This document shows, in pieces, positions 9,606 through 19,646 of a stretch of 64,000 bases of DNA. This stretch comes from an uncultured Actinomycetota bacterium (GTDB lineage: Bacteria > Actinomycetota > Actinomycetes > Propionibacteriales > Nocardioidaceae), in the NCBI GenBank assembly GCA_963843815.1, contig CAWJLX010000006.1, forward strand, positions 79,834 to 143,833, read 5' to 3'. Every line of letters starts with the position of its first letter. Position 1 is the stretch's first letter. The position numbers were made by a program, and so were the translations under genes. The notes under the pieces were generated by a model. The model was not told the origin of the DNA and did not search any database. It saw only the letters and a list, made by a program, of their open reading frames with translations.

Positions 9606-10891
9606 GCGACGACCCGGCCACCTTCTTCCGCGACGTGGCGGCCGCGCACCCCCGCTGCTTCTGGCTCGACGGCGGCGGGGCCCGCGCGTGGTCCGGGCGG
9701 CGCTCGATCATCGGCTGGCTCGAGGACGACGACGTCTCGCTGAGCTGGTCGGCGACCCGGCGCGAGGTGCGCGCGCACTCCGGTGGGACCTCGTCGGTGG
9801 TCGGCGACGACATCTTCACCGTCCTCGAGCAGCAGATCGGTGCGGGGGAGCAGTGGTTCGGCTACTTCGGCTATGCCTCGCGATCCGACCTCCCTGCCGA
9901 GCCGGACCCGTTGCTGCCCGACGCGGTCTGGATGCGCCCGCGGGCGGTGCGCTTCTTCGAGCATGCGGCGCCGCCTCCCGTGCATGAGTCCCCGCACGAG
10001 CGGGGAGTCCATCTCCTCGAGGCCGTTGCAACGGCCGCGAAGAGCAGGACTCGCCCGCCCAGTGCGCCACCAGCGCCGGTGCCAGCGTCGTACGCCGACG
10101 CGTTCGCCGCCGTCCAGGAGCACCTGCATGCCGGCAACTCCTACGAGGTCAACCTCACCCACCGCCTCACGCGTGAGGTCGACCTCGACCCGGTGGCGGC
10201 CTACCTCCGGCTGCGCGAGCTCAACCCGGCGCCGTACTCCGGCTTCCTCCAGCACGACGTCCCGGACGCTCGCGGGTGGTTGCTGTCCAGCTCGCCGGAG
10301 AGGTACGCCCTCATCACCCCTGACCGGCACCTCGAGACCAAGCCGATCAAGGGCACGACCCCGCGCGGCGCCACTCCGGAGGAGGACGAGGCGCATCGCG
10401 ACCGCCTGGCCGGCGACCCCAAGATGCGGGCCGAGAACCTGATGATCGTCGACCTGCTCCGCAACGACCTGTCGCTGGTCTGCGACGTCGGGTCGGTCGA
10501 GGTGCCGGTCCTCATGGAGGTCGAGACCTACGAGTCGGTGCACCAGCTGGTCTCGACGGTCCGGGGCCACCTGCGGGACGACGTCACGACAGTGGGTGCG
10601 CTGCGGGCGCTGTTCCCCGCCGGCTCGATGACCGGCGCCCCCAAGCTGCGCACGATGCAGATCATCGAGGAGGTCGAGTCGTCGCCGCGCGGCGTCTACT
10701 CCGGAGCGTTCGGCTGGATCACCGGCGACGGGCCCGCCGATCTCGGCGTCGTGATCCGGTCGCTGACCACCGACGGAGGCGGCCGATGGTCGCTCGGGAC
10801 GGGCGGCGGCATCACGGTGAAGTCCGAGCTCGAGGAGGAGTGGGCCGAGTCGGAGTGGAAGGCCGAGCGGCTGCTGCGCCTCTTCGACTAG
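9602..10891 (+). CDS. pabB: aminodeoxychorismate synthase component I
   Basis: The start is the ATG at 9602 (MSDDPATFF). It contains chorismate-binding motifs PIKGT, ENLMIVDLLRNDL and GSMTGAPK. Confidence 0.8.
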   Translation: MSDDPATFFRDVAAAHPRCFWLDGGGARAWSGRRSIIGWLEDDDVSLSWSATRREVRAHSGGTSSVVGDDIFTVLEQQIGAGEQWFGYFGYASRSDLPAEPDPLLPDAVWMRPRAVRFFEHAAPPPVHESPHERGVHLLEAVATAAKSRTRPPSAPPAPVPASYADAFAAVQEHLHAGNSYEVNLTHRLTREVDLDPVAAYLRLRELNPAPYSGFLQHDVPDARGWLLSSSPERYALITPDRHLETKPIKGTTPRGATPEEDEAHRDRLAGDPKMRAENLMIVDLLRNDLSLVCDVGSVEVPVLMEVETYESVHQLVSTVRGHLRDDVTTVGALRALFPAGSMTGAPKLRTMQIIEEVESSPRGVYSGAFGWITGDGPADLGVVIRSLTTDGGGRWSLGTGGGITVKSELEEEWAESEWKAERLLRLFD

Positions 10892-12278
10892 CCTCCCTTG
10901 ACCGCCCGCACTCCCGGCAGCCAGAGCGAGAACCGGGCACCCCCGCCGGGCGCCTCGGACACCGCGATCTCGCCGCCGTGGCGATCGACGACCTGCCGCA
11001 CGATCGCCAGCCCGAGCCCGGAGCCGGGCATCGCGCGCGACTCCTCCGAGCGGTAGAACCGCTCGAAGACGTGCGGCCGGTCGGCCTCGTCGACGCCCGA
11101 TCCCTGGTCGTCGACCACCAGCACGCCCTGCTTCAGGCGGACGCTGACGGTCCCGTTGGCGGGGCTCCACTTGGCGGCGTTGTCGAGCAGGTTGGTGACG
11201 GCACGCTCGAGGCTGTTGGCGTCGCCCACGACCGGCCAGGAGTCCGTGGCCACGTCGAAGGAGACGCCGTGGGCACGACGTCGCACGCGGGTGACCGCTC
11301 GTTCGACCACCTCGGCCAGGTCGACCTCGGCGACCTCGCGCGTGGTCGGCTCGTCACGCGCCAGCTCGACCAGGTCGCCGACGAGGGCGCTGAGCTCCTC
11401 GATCTGACCGCGTACGTCGTCGAGCAGCTCGAGCCGCGCCTGCGGCGGCAGCGCCGAGTTGCCCTCCGCCTGGCGGAGCAGGTCGAGGTTGGTGCGCAGG
11501 GAGGTGAGCGGCGTACGCAGCTCGTGGCTGGCGTCGGCCACCAGCCGGCGTTGCCGGTCGCGCGAGGCGCCGAGCGCCAGCAGCATCTGGTTGAAGGCGC
11601 TGGCGAGGCGGGCGACCTCGTCGTCCCCCTCGATCCGCAGCGGCGTCAGGTCCTCGGTGACGGCGATGCGCTCGACCGCGGTCGTCAGGCGCCGCACGGG
11701 TCTGAGCCCGTTGCGGGCCACCAGCCAGCCGGCCAGCAGGGCCGTCAGCACGCCCAGCGCGCCGAAGACGAAGAGCACCCCGCCGAGCTTCTCCAGCGTG
11801 CGGTCGTTGGGGGCCAGGGGCTGCGCCAGCATCAGCGCCTGCCCGCTCCCGGCCGGCACGGTGGCCACCCGGAAGCGCTCGCCCTCCACGGTGACCAGGG
11901 TGCGCACGGACTTCCGGCTCGTCCCGGCGGCGACGTCGAGCTCCGGTCGGTCGATGGTGAAGTTGGGGATGTCGTCCCCGGCCATCCCCTGACCCTCGGC
12001 GGTGATGAAGATGATCCGCACGTCCGCCGCCCCGAGCACCCACGCGGGCGCACCCTGGGCGGTGATCCGCGACAGGGTGGTGAAAGCGGTGGCCTTGTGC
12101 GCACGGTTGAGCAACGACTGGTCGAGCGAGCTCATCAGCTGCTGGCGCATCACGACGAAGGCGGTGAGGGCCATGATCGCGATGGAGATCCCGAGCGCGA
12201 GCGTGGTGAGCACCGCCACGCGCGACGCCAGGGAGCTGCGGTAGTGCCAGCGCCCGTTGGGTCGGGGTGCGGCCGAGC

Positions 12279-12282
<4 letters not shown>
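10888..12282 (-). CDS. HAMP-domain sensor histidine kinase (MprB-like)
   Basis: Contains the H-box [11 protein letters not shown] and the G-box GSGLGLAIV, with two TM segments. The ATG at 12282 overlaps the regulator stop (ATGA). Confidence 0.85.
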
Positions 12283-12971
<689 letters not shown>

Positions 12972-13073
12972 GTCACACAGGATGCCAGCCACGCCTGAGG
13001 CGAACCTGAACGTCGAGGGCGCGGCCTGTGTCGGGTGCAGCCGCGGGCGCACGCGACCGGGGCTCGCGCAGGG

Positions 13074-13937
13074 TCAGGCGTAGCGCGCCGCGATCGTGCC
13101 GGCACGGGCGCCGTAGGTGCCGCCGAACATGCAGGCGTGCACGAGCAGGGGGAAGAGCTGGTGGATGCCCAGCCGGTCCTCCCAGCCGTCGGCGAGCGGG
13201 TGGGCCTCGTCGTACGCCGCCATGACCCGTGGCAGGTGGGTGAGGCCGAAGAGGTGCAGCATCGCCAGGTCGACCTCGCGGTGCCCGCCGTAGGCGGCCG
13301 GGTCGATGACGTGGATGGCGAGGTCGTGGCCCCAGAGGCAGTTGCCGTTCCACAGGTCGCCGTGCAGCCGGGCCGGTGTCTCGTCGGGGATCAGCTCGGT
13401 GAACCTGCCGACGGTCGCCTCGACCGCGGCTGCGTCCGCGTCGGTGATCGCCGACCGGTCGCGCGCCAGCTTGAGGTAGGGAAGGACGCGCCGCACGGCG
13501 TAGAACTCCGCCCAGGAGTCGGCCGTCTTGTTGGGCAGGGGCAGTCGACCGATGAATCCGTCGTGGTCCAGGCCCCACCCGTCCGCACCGGCGGAGTGCG
13601 TGACGGCCAGCTGCTGGCCGAAGGTGACGGCGGCCTCCGCGGGGGTCTTCGCGCTCTGCTCGACCCAGGCCAGGATCAGGCAGTCGCTCGCCGCGCCCAG
13701 CACCTCGGGCACGGGGAGCCCGCCCTCGACCTCGGAGAGCCAGTGCAGCCCCGCCGCCTCGGCCTCGAAGAATCCCTCGGGCGCGTGCGGCAGCGTCTTC
13801 ATCAGGGCGGTCTGGCCGCTGGAGAGTCGCAGTCGCGTCGCGGTGGCGATGTCGCCCCCGGCCACGGGCGAGGTCGCGACGACGGACGAGCCGAGGATCT
13901 CCTCGGCCCGCTTGGCGATGAGGGCCTGGCGCGCCAT
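13074..13937 (-). CDS. fructosamine kinase family protein
   Basis: Contains the HGDLWNGN motif. The start shares 1 nt with the upstream stop (TGATG). Confidence 0.85.
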   Translation of the reverse strand: MARQALIAKRAEEILGSSVVATSPVAGGDIATATRLRLSSGQTALMKTLPHAPEGFFEAEAAGLHWLSEVEGGLPVPEVLGAASDCLILAWVEQSAKTPAEAAVTFGQQLAVTHSAGADGWGLDHDGFIGRLPLPNKTADSWAEFYAVRRVLPYLKLARDRSAITDADAAAVEATVGRFTELIPDETPARLHGDLWNGNCLWGHDLAIHVIDPAAYGGHREVDLAMLHLFGLTHLPRVMAAYDEAHPLADGWEDRLGIHQLFPLLVHACMFGGTYGARAGTIAARYA

Positions 13938-14437
13938 CAGGCGCGACCCGCGACCAGGCCTGCGAGTGCCGCCACGATCGCATCGCTCGTGCGTTCGACC
14001 ATCGCCAGCACCTCCTCGAAACCGTCGTCCCCACCGTAGTACGGGTCGGGCACCTCTCCACCCCGATCGATCGGATCGAAGTCGCGGAACAGCCCGACGC
14101 GATCGGTGCGCCCACCCACGTCGACGAGGTTGGCCTCGTCCATCACCAGCACGGCGTCGTACGTTTCGGGCCAGGTTGCGTCGTACTGCCGGGCGCGGTG
14201 CCGGGTCGGGTCGTAGTCGGCGGCGCCCAGGGTGGCGGCGGCCCGGTGATCCATCGGGTTGCCGACGTGCCAGCCGCCGGTGCCCGACGAGGCCACCTCC
14301 ACCCGGTCGCCCAGGCCGGCATCGGCGAGCCGGCTCTCGAGGACGACGTGGGCCATCGGGGAGCGACAGATGTTGCCGAGGCAGACCAGGGCGATGCGGT
14401 ACCTGCCGGGCGTGCGGGGCGGAGCGAGGTTCGTCAC
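13937..14437 (-). CDS. low-molecular-weight protein-tyrosine phosphatase
   Basis: Contains the CLGNICRSP (CX5R-S) P-loop and a DPYYG motif. Confidence 0.9.
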   Translation of the reverse strand: MTNLAPPRTPGRYRIALVCLGNICRSPMAHVVLESRLADAGLGDRVEVASSGTGGWHVGNPMDHRAAATLGAADYDPTRHRARQYDATWPETYDAVLVMDEANLVDVGGRTDRVGLFRDFDPIDRGGEVPDPYYGGDDGFEEVLAMVERTSDAIVAALAGLVAGRA

Positions 14438-14443
14438 CCGGGC

Positions 14444-14833
14444 TCAGTCCCGAGCGGGCAGCGCCGTCCGGACACCCCACCCGACGATCGTCACGATCAG
14501 GGCGCCGACCAGCGCGTTCCAGAAGCCGTCGACGTGGAAGCCGAGGTCGAACGCGTCGGCGAGCCACGCCGTCAGCAGGAGCATCAGCGCGTTGATGACC
14601 AGCAGCAGGAACCCGAGCGTGAGGATGATGAAGGGCAGCGACAGGAGCTTGATCACCGGCTCGATGAAGGTCGAGACCAGTCCGAGGATCAGCGCCACGA
14701 CCAGCAGCGGCACGATCTTCTCCTCGAGCTCGGCCTGCCCGGAGCCGGGGCCGTCGAACCAGATCCCGTCGAGGAGCTGGGCCGCGACGGCGAGGCCGGC
14801 GGCGTAGGTCAGCAACCAGGTCACGAAGCGCAT
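14444..14833 (-). CDS. small 4-TM membrane protein (phage-holin-4-like family)
   Basis: 129 aa and mostly hydrophobic. It lies immediately upstream of the PTP gene in the same orientation. Confidence 0.55.
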   Translation of the reverse strand: MRFVTWLLTYAAGLAVAAQLLDGIWFDGPGSGQAELEEKIVPLLVVALILGLVSTFIEPVIKLLSLPFIILTLGFLLLVINALMLLLTAWLADAFDLGFHVDGFWNALVGALIVTIVGWGVRTALPARD

Positions 14834-14945
14834 GCCACGACCCTAGCCAAGGCGCACCACCCACTACCCTCGCCGTCGTGCTGAGCACCCCACGACGTTC
14901 CTCTCCTCCGCTGCGCTCCCCCGAACAACGCCGCGGGGACCCCGC

Positions 14946-15503
14946 ATGACGATCGGCGGCACGGGCGTGATGGTGCTCGGAGCCCTGGTGGCGGGAGTCG
15001 TCGCCGCGCTCCTCGCGCTGGCCGTCCGCGCACGGCTCGGCACGGTCTCCGCGGTGGGGATCTCCGGCCTGCTCTGGTCGCTGGTCGCGATCGCGCTGGT
15101 GACGTTGGTGCCGACCCGTCCCGGCGTCGGGGTGGTGCCTGCCGAGGGCCGGAGCGAGTCCTGCTCGTGGGACTACGGTGGCCCGTCGGGAGGGGCGTTC
15201 GAGGTGTTCGGCCTCGACCAGCGCACTCTCAACGTGCTGCTGTTCGTGCCCGCCGGGATGTTCCTCGTGCTGGCGGTCGGGCGCTGGTGGTCGGGGTTGT
15301 TCCTCGCGCCGATCGGCCTCGCCGCGCTGGCGGCGTACAGCCTGGGCGTCGAGTTCGCCCAGCTCCAGCTGGCCCGGCTGGACCGCGCCTGCGACGTCAC
15401 CGACATGATCGACAACATCTTCGGGGCCGGCATCGGCTTCGCCATCGGGGTGGCGCTGCTGCCGATCACCCGGCCGTGGCGGGGACGCCGTCGCACTGAA
15501 TAG
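14946..15503 (+). CDS. VanZ-family membrane protein
   Basis: Contains NVLLFVPAGMF and DVTDMIDNIFGAGIGF motifs. Confidence 0.7.
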   Translation: MTIGGTGVMVLGALVAGVVAALLALAVRARLGTVSAVGISGLLWSLVAIALVTLVPTRPGVGVVPAEGRSESCSWDYGGPSGGAFEVFGLDQRTLNVLLFVPAGMFLVLAVGRWWSGLFLAPIGLAALAAYSLGVEFAQLQLARLDRACDVTDMIDNIFGAGIGFAIGVALLPITRPWRGRRRTE

Positions 15504-15512
15504 GGTCGCGGC

Positions 15513-16595
15513 ATGTCCCACGCTTCTTCCGGCCCCCGCCCCCGGCCCAACGTGCTCGCGATCCCGGCGTACGTCGCCGGCAAGCCGCCCGTGGCCCGCC
15601 CCGGCCTGACGTCCTACAAGCTGTCGTCCAACGAGAACCCCTACCCGCCGCTGCCCGGCGTGCTCGAGGCGGCGGCCGAGGCCGCCGCGGCGATGAACCG
15701 CTACCCCGACATGGGCAACACCGCCCTCTACGCCGCGCTGGGCGAGGCGATGGGCGTGCCGACCGAGGACCTGGCGGCGGCCACGGGCTCAGTGGCGCTG
15801 ATCTACCAGCTCGTCAACGCCTTCTGCGAGCCCGGGGACGAGGTCGTCTATGCCTGGCGCTCGTTCGAGGCCTACCCGATCGCCGTCACGGCCGGGGCCG
15901 CGACAAGTGTCCAGGTACCCGTCACCGCGGACGGCCGCCACGACCTCGACGCGATGGCGGCCGCGGTCACCGACCGCACCAAGGTCGTCATCGTCTGCAC
16001 GCCCAACAACCCCACGGGCCCGGCGGTCACGCAGTCCGAGCTCGACGCCTTCATCGCGAAGATCCCCTCGCACGTGGTCGTCGTGGTCGACGAGGCCTAC
16101 CTCGAGTTCGTCCGGATGGACGACGCGATCGACGGCATCGCGACCTACCGGCGCCACGACAACGTGGTCCTGACCCGCACGTTCTCCAAGGCCTACGGCC
16201 TCGCCGGCTTCCGCGTCGGCTACGCCGTGGCGGCCGCGCCGCTGGCCGGTGCGCTCCGCGCGGTGTCGCTGCCCTTCGGCGTCAGCCACGTCGCCCAGGC
16301 CGCCGCGATCGCCTCGCTCGAGGCGCAGGACGAGCTGTTCGAGCGGGTCGAGGACCTCGTCGCGCGGCGCGCCGACCTGGTGGCCCGGCTCCGTGACGCC
16401 GGCTGGGAGCTGCCCGACGCGCAGGGCAACTTCGTCTGGTTCCCGCTCGGCGAGCGTTCCCTCGACTTCGCCGCCGCCTGCGGCGAGGTCGGCGTCTCGG
16501 TGCGGCCCTTCGCCGGGAACGGCGTACGCGTCAGCATCGGCGAGGCCGAGGCCTTCGACCGGGTGGTCGAGGTGGCCGCCCGCTTCGCGCCCTGA
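15513..16595 (+). CDS. histidinol-phosphate/aromatic aminotransferase (class II PLP)
   Basis: Contains SSNENPYPP and the PLP-lysine motif FSKAYGLAGFRVGY. Confidence 0.85.
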   Translation: MSHASSGPRPRPNVLAIPAYVAGKPPVARPGLTSYKLSSNENPYPPLPGVLEAAAEAAAAMNRYPDMGNTALYAALGEAMGVPTEDLAAATGSVALIYQLVNAFCEPGDEVVYAWRSFEAYPIAVTAGAATSVQVPVTADGRHDLDAMAAAVTDRTKVVIVCTPNNPTGPAVTQSELDAFIAKIPSHVVVVVDEAYLEFVRMDDAIDGIATYRRHDNVVLTRTFSKAYGLAGFRVGYAVAAAPLAGALRAVSLPFGVSHVAQAAAIASLEAQDELFERVEDLVARRADLVARLRDAGWELPDAQGNFVWFPLGERSLDFAAACGEVGVSVRPFAGNGVRVSIGEAEAFDRVVEVAARFAP

Positions 16596-16642
16596 GTCGT
16601 CGGCGGTGGACGCGCGGGCATTGGTCGGCGGGCCTGCGGCCA

Positions 16643-17935
16643 TCAGGCGGGCGGACGTCCCGTCGGGGTGACCATGGTCCGCGTGTCTGCGACGGACTGT
16701 CGGTCCATCCGACGGAAGGACGGCACCCGCGTCGGTGCCATGGTGGCGACGAGGTACGCCGCACCGGCGACCAGCAGTGCCGGCGAGATGCCCAGCCCGG
16801 CCACCGCCAGCCCGCCGAGCACACCGCCCAACGGCATCAGCGACCAGCAGATCGCGGTGTTGAGCGAGGAGACGCGACCGAGGAGTGGGGCCGGGATTCG
16901 CTCCAGGATCACCGCGCCGAGGATCGGGTTGAGGAAGCCGGATGCGAGGCCGGCCACCGCCGTGACGGCGAAGACCGCCCACGCCGGCGACTCCCACGCC
17001 ATCACGACGTAGCGCGGTGCGCCGCAGATGAGGAACGCGATGACGTAGGTCCGGAACCGGGGCAAAGTCTCGCCCCACCGTGCAGCGGACAGCGCTCCGA
17101 TCACCGAGGCGCCGCTCATCACCGCGAACAGGCTGCCGAGCGCGGCGACTCCCGCCCCCGACTCCTTCGCCCACACCGGCGCCAGCACCGAGGCGAAGGC
17201 CTGGTCGATGAGGTTGGTGACCGCGACCATGGCGCAGAGGGCGATCAGCACCGGCTCGGTGCGCAGGAAGTCCCAGCCCTGCCTGAGCTCGGCTACGTAC
17301 GTCGTCGGGCCGGCGTCGGCCCCGGTGGGGGCCGGTCGCCCGAGACCGCTCGTGGCGACGGCGAAGACGACGAAGGAGACGAGGAAGGACGCGGCATCGA
17401 CGTAGAGCGCGTCGGCTGCCCCCACCGTGGCCACGAGCACGCCCGCGAGGGCGGCACCGCCCATGGAGGAGGTGCGCTCGACCGCGGCGGACAACCCCGA
17501 GACGCGCTCGAGCGACCAGCCGGCGACCCCCGCGATCTCGGGAGTCATCGCGGCCTTGCCTGCATCGCCGGGTCCACGCAGGGATCCGGCCACCGCGACG
17601 AGGAGCAGCAGGGTCGAGAAGCTGAGCAACCCGAGCCCGTGCAGGAGCGGGATCGCCGCGACGACGAAGGTAGACAACAGGTCGCACACCAGCGTCACAC
17701 GACGCGGGCCGACCCTGTCGAGCAGCGGACCTCCCAGCGCCTTGAACAGCACGAGCGGCGTGATCTCCGCGGCTGCGACCAGACCGGTCTGGGTGGCCGA
17801 GCCGGTCGTCGACAGCACGAACCACGGGATCGCGATCATCGAGATCCGGGTGCCGAGGAAGGAGATGCCCTCGGCGACGAGGCCGCCGACGAGCGGCGTA
17901 CGTCGCGGTGCCGGGACGTTCAACGCTCGCCCCAT
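16643..17935 (-). CDS. MFS transporter
   Basis: About 12 TM helices. The ATG at 17935 was chosen over the longer ORF start and overlaps the upstream regulator by 16 nt. Confidence 0.75.
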   Translation of the reverse strand: MGRALNVPAPRRTPLVGGLVAEGISFLGTRISMIAIPWFVLSTTGSATQTGLVAAAEITPLVLFKALGGPLLDRVGPRRVTLVCDLLSTFVVAAIPLLHGLGLLSFSTLLLLVAVAGSLRGPGDAGKAAMTPEIAGVAGWSLERVSGLSAAVERTSSMGGAALAGVLVATVGAADALYVDAASFLVSFVVFAVATSGLGRPAPTGADAGPTTYVAELRQGWDFLRTEPVLIALCAMVAVTNLIDQAFASVLAPVWAKESGAGVAALGSLFAVMSGASVIGALSAARWGETLPRFRTYVIAFLICGAPRYVVMAWESPAWAVFAVTAVAGLASGFLNPILGAVILERIPAPLLGRVSSLNTAICWSLMPLGGVLGGLAVAGLGISPALLVAGAAYLVATMAPTRVPSFRRMDRQSVADTRTMVTPTGRPPA

Positions 17936-18498
17936 TCCTGCCCGGGTCGGACGAATGCGTTGATGTTGACCGAGAACGGGGCCGCACCCTCCTCGTCGGA
18001 GTCCGCCGCCTCCTCGACGAGTCGGGTGAGCTCCGAGACGAGCGCCTCTGCGCGATCCGGGGTCAGGCGTACCTCCCAGTCGCTCAGCGTGCCGACGGAG
18101 CGCCACCGCTCGGGCAGGAACGCCATCTCAGCGACCGCCACGCGCAGGCGCTCGCCATAGATCTGGGCGACCGTCGTGAGGTAGGCCTCGACGTCCTCCC
18201 CGTCCTCCCCGTCCTCCCCGTCCTGCCCATGCTCACGAAAGTCGGTGCGGGTGGCGTCGTGCGCCGCGCGCCACCAACGGTCGCGCGCGTTGCCCCGCTC
18301 GGTGTCCTCCTCGATGAAGCCGTGCTCCGCGAGCTGGCGCAGGTGGTAGGACGTGGCGCCTGTGTTGAGGCCCAGCCGGGTGGCGAGCCCTGTCGCGGTC
18401 GCGGGTCCCTCGGTGCGGAGGAGGCCGAGCATCCGTAGCCGGACCGGGTGACTGAGGGCTCGCAGCCCGGCGATGTCGGGGGTGATGGAGGAGGTCAC
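17920..18498 (-). CDS. ArsR-like winged-helix transcriptional regulator
   Basis: Contains LSHPVRLRMLGLL...ATGLATRLGLNTGATSYHLRQLAEHGFI. Confidence 0.8.
   Translation of the reverse strand: MTSSITPDIAGLRALSHPVRLRMLGLLRTEGPATATGLATRLGLNTGATSYHLRQLAEHGFIEEDTERGNARDRWWRAAHDATRTDFREHGQDGEDGEDGEDVEAYLTTVAQIYGERLRVAVAEMAFLPERWRSVGTLSDWEVRLTPDRAEALVSELTRLVEEAADSDEEGAAPFSVNINAFVRPGQEWGER
18193..18228. repeat. 9-bp x4 in-frame tandem repeat (GTCCTCCCC) inside the regulator gene
   Basis: Three perfect units plus one with a single mismatch. On the minus strand it encodes GQDGEDGEDGED. Confidence 0.9.
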
Positions 18499-18523
18499 CT
18501 GAAAAGACTAAGACTGCCAAGGG

Positions 18524-18537
18524 TTGTTTGCAAACAA
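18524..18537. promoter_or_regulatory. perfect 14-bp palindrome TTGTTTGCAAACAA (candidate operator)
   Basis: Lies in the divergent intergenic region between the ArsR-like regulator and the GST-like gene. Confidence 0.5.
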
Positions 18538-18652
18538 TTCTTTGCGGTCTTTCCTGGTAGTCCAGTGACGGATGGCTGTCCGATGGAGTCGTGGACAACC
18601 GGGGGTCACTGGACCATCGGGCAGGGCTTTTGGAGCCACGTATAGTTGAACC

Positions 18653-19642
18653 ATGAACCAGTTTGTCGGCTACGCACACAAGGGCGAGCCCTTCGAGCGC
18701 GACATGACCTACCTCCCCGACCGCATCCTGGCCGAGGAGAAGTCCGCTGACCCGCTGGACCCTGCCTTCCCGAGCGGCTCGGAGGACAGCCCCCACGACG
18801 CGCCGACGTGGGAGGTGGCACCCGGCCGCTACCGGCTCGTGGCCGCCCGCGCCTGCCCCTGGGCCCACCGCTCGATCATCGTGCGCTCACTGCTCGGCCT
18901 GGAGGACGTCCTGTCCTGGGGTGCCCCGGGACCGACGCACGACGCACGCAGCTGGACCTTCGACCTCGACGAGGACGGCCGCGACCCGGTGCTCGGCATC
19001 GAACGGCTCCAGGAGGCGTACTTCGCCCGGGAGCCCGGCTACTCCCGCGGCATCACGGTGCCGGCGATCGTCGACGTCGAGACCGGCGAGGTCGTCACCA
19101 ACGACTTCCCGCAGATCACCCACGACCTGTTCTTCGAGTGGCGCGAGCACCACCGCCCCGGCGCCCCTGACCTGTGGCCGGCCGACCTCCGCGAGGAGAT
19201 GGAGACGGTCATGAAGCGCGTCTTCACGGAGGTCAACAACGGCGTCTACCGCTGCGGCTTCGCCGGGTCGCAGGAGACCTACGAGGACGCGTACGAGCGG
19301 CTCTGGGTCGCGATGGACTGGCTCGAGGAGCGGTTGGCCGACCGCCGCTACCTGATGGGTGACGCGATCACCGAGGCGGACGTCCGGCTCTTCACCACAC
19401 TCGTTCGCTTCGACGCCGTCTACCACGGCCACTTCAAGTGCAACCGCACCAAGCTCACCGAGATGCCGAACCTCTGGGGCTACGCACGCGACCTGTTCCA
19501 GACCCCCGGCTTCGGCGGCGAGGTCGACTTCGACCAGATCAAGCAGCACTACTACGTCGTGCACACCGACATCAATCCGATGCAGATCGTGCCGGTGGGG
19601 CCCGACCCGTCGGTCTGGCTGACGCCGCACGGCCGGGGTTGA
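18653..19642 (+). CDS. glutathionyl-hydroquinone reductase (Xi-class GST, YqjG-like)
   Basis: Contains the CPWAHR active-site motif. The 329-aa length fits the family. Confidence 0.8.
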   Translation: MNQFVGYAHKGEPFERDMTYLPDRILAEEKSADPLDPAFPSGSEDSPHDAPTWEVAPGRYRLVAARACPWAHRSIIVRSLLGLEDVLSWGAPGPTHDARSWTFDLDEDGRDPVLGIERLQEAYFAREPGYSRGITVPAIVDVETGEVVTNDFPQITHDLFFEWREHHRPGAPDLWPADLREEMETVMKRVFTEVNNGVYRCGFAGSQETYEDAYERLWVAMDWLEERLADRRYLMGDAITEADVRLFTTLVRFDAVYHGHFKCNRTKLTEMPNLWGYARDLFQTPGFGGEVDFDQIKQHYYVVHTDINPMQIVPVGPDPSVWLTPHGRG

Positions 19643-19646
19643 GGGG

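Noticed and set aside
14444-14833. 'Phage holin' family membrane protein as a sign of a prophage
   Set aside because: No other phage genes are nearby. It sits in a conserved-looking operon with the LMW-PTP and fructosamine kinase, with normal composition.
13074-15521. 815-aa minus-strand ORF, and similar long ORFs at 15789-17987, 749-2785, 51041-53035 and 61811-63451
   Set aside because: These are artefacts of GC-rich sequence. Only the 3' 288 codons (13074-13937) correspond to a real gene, the fructosamine kinase. The others are antisense or out of frame relative to motif-bearing genes.
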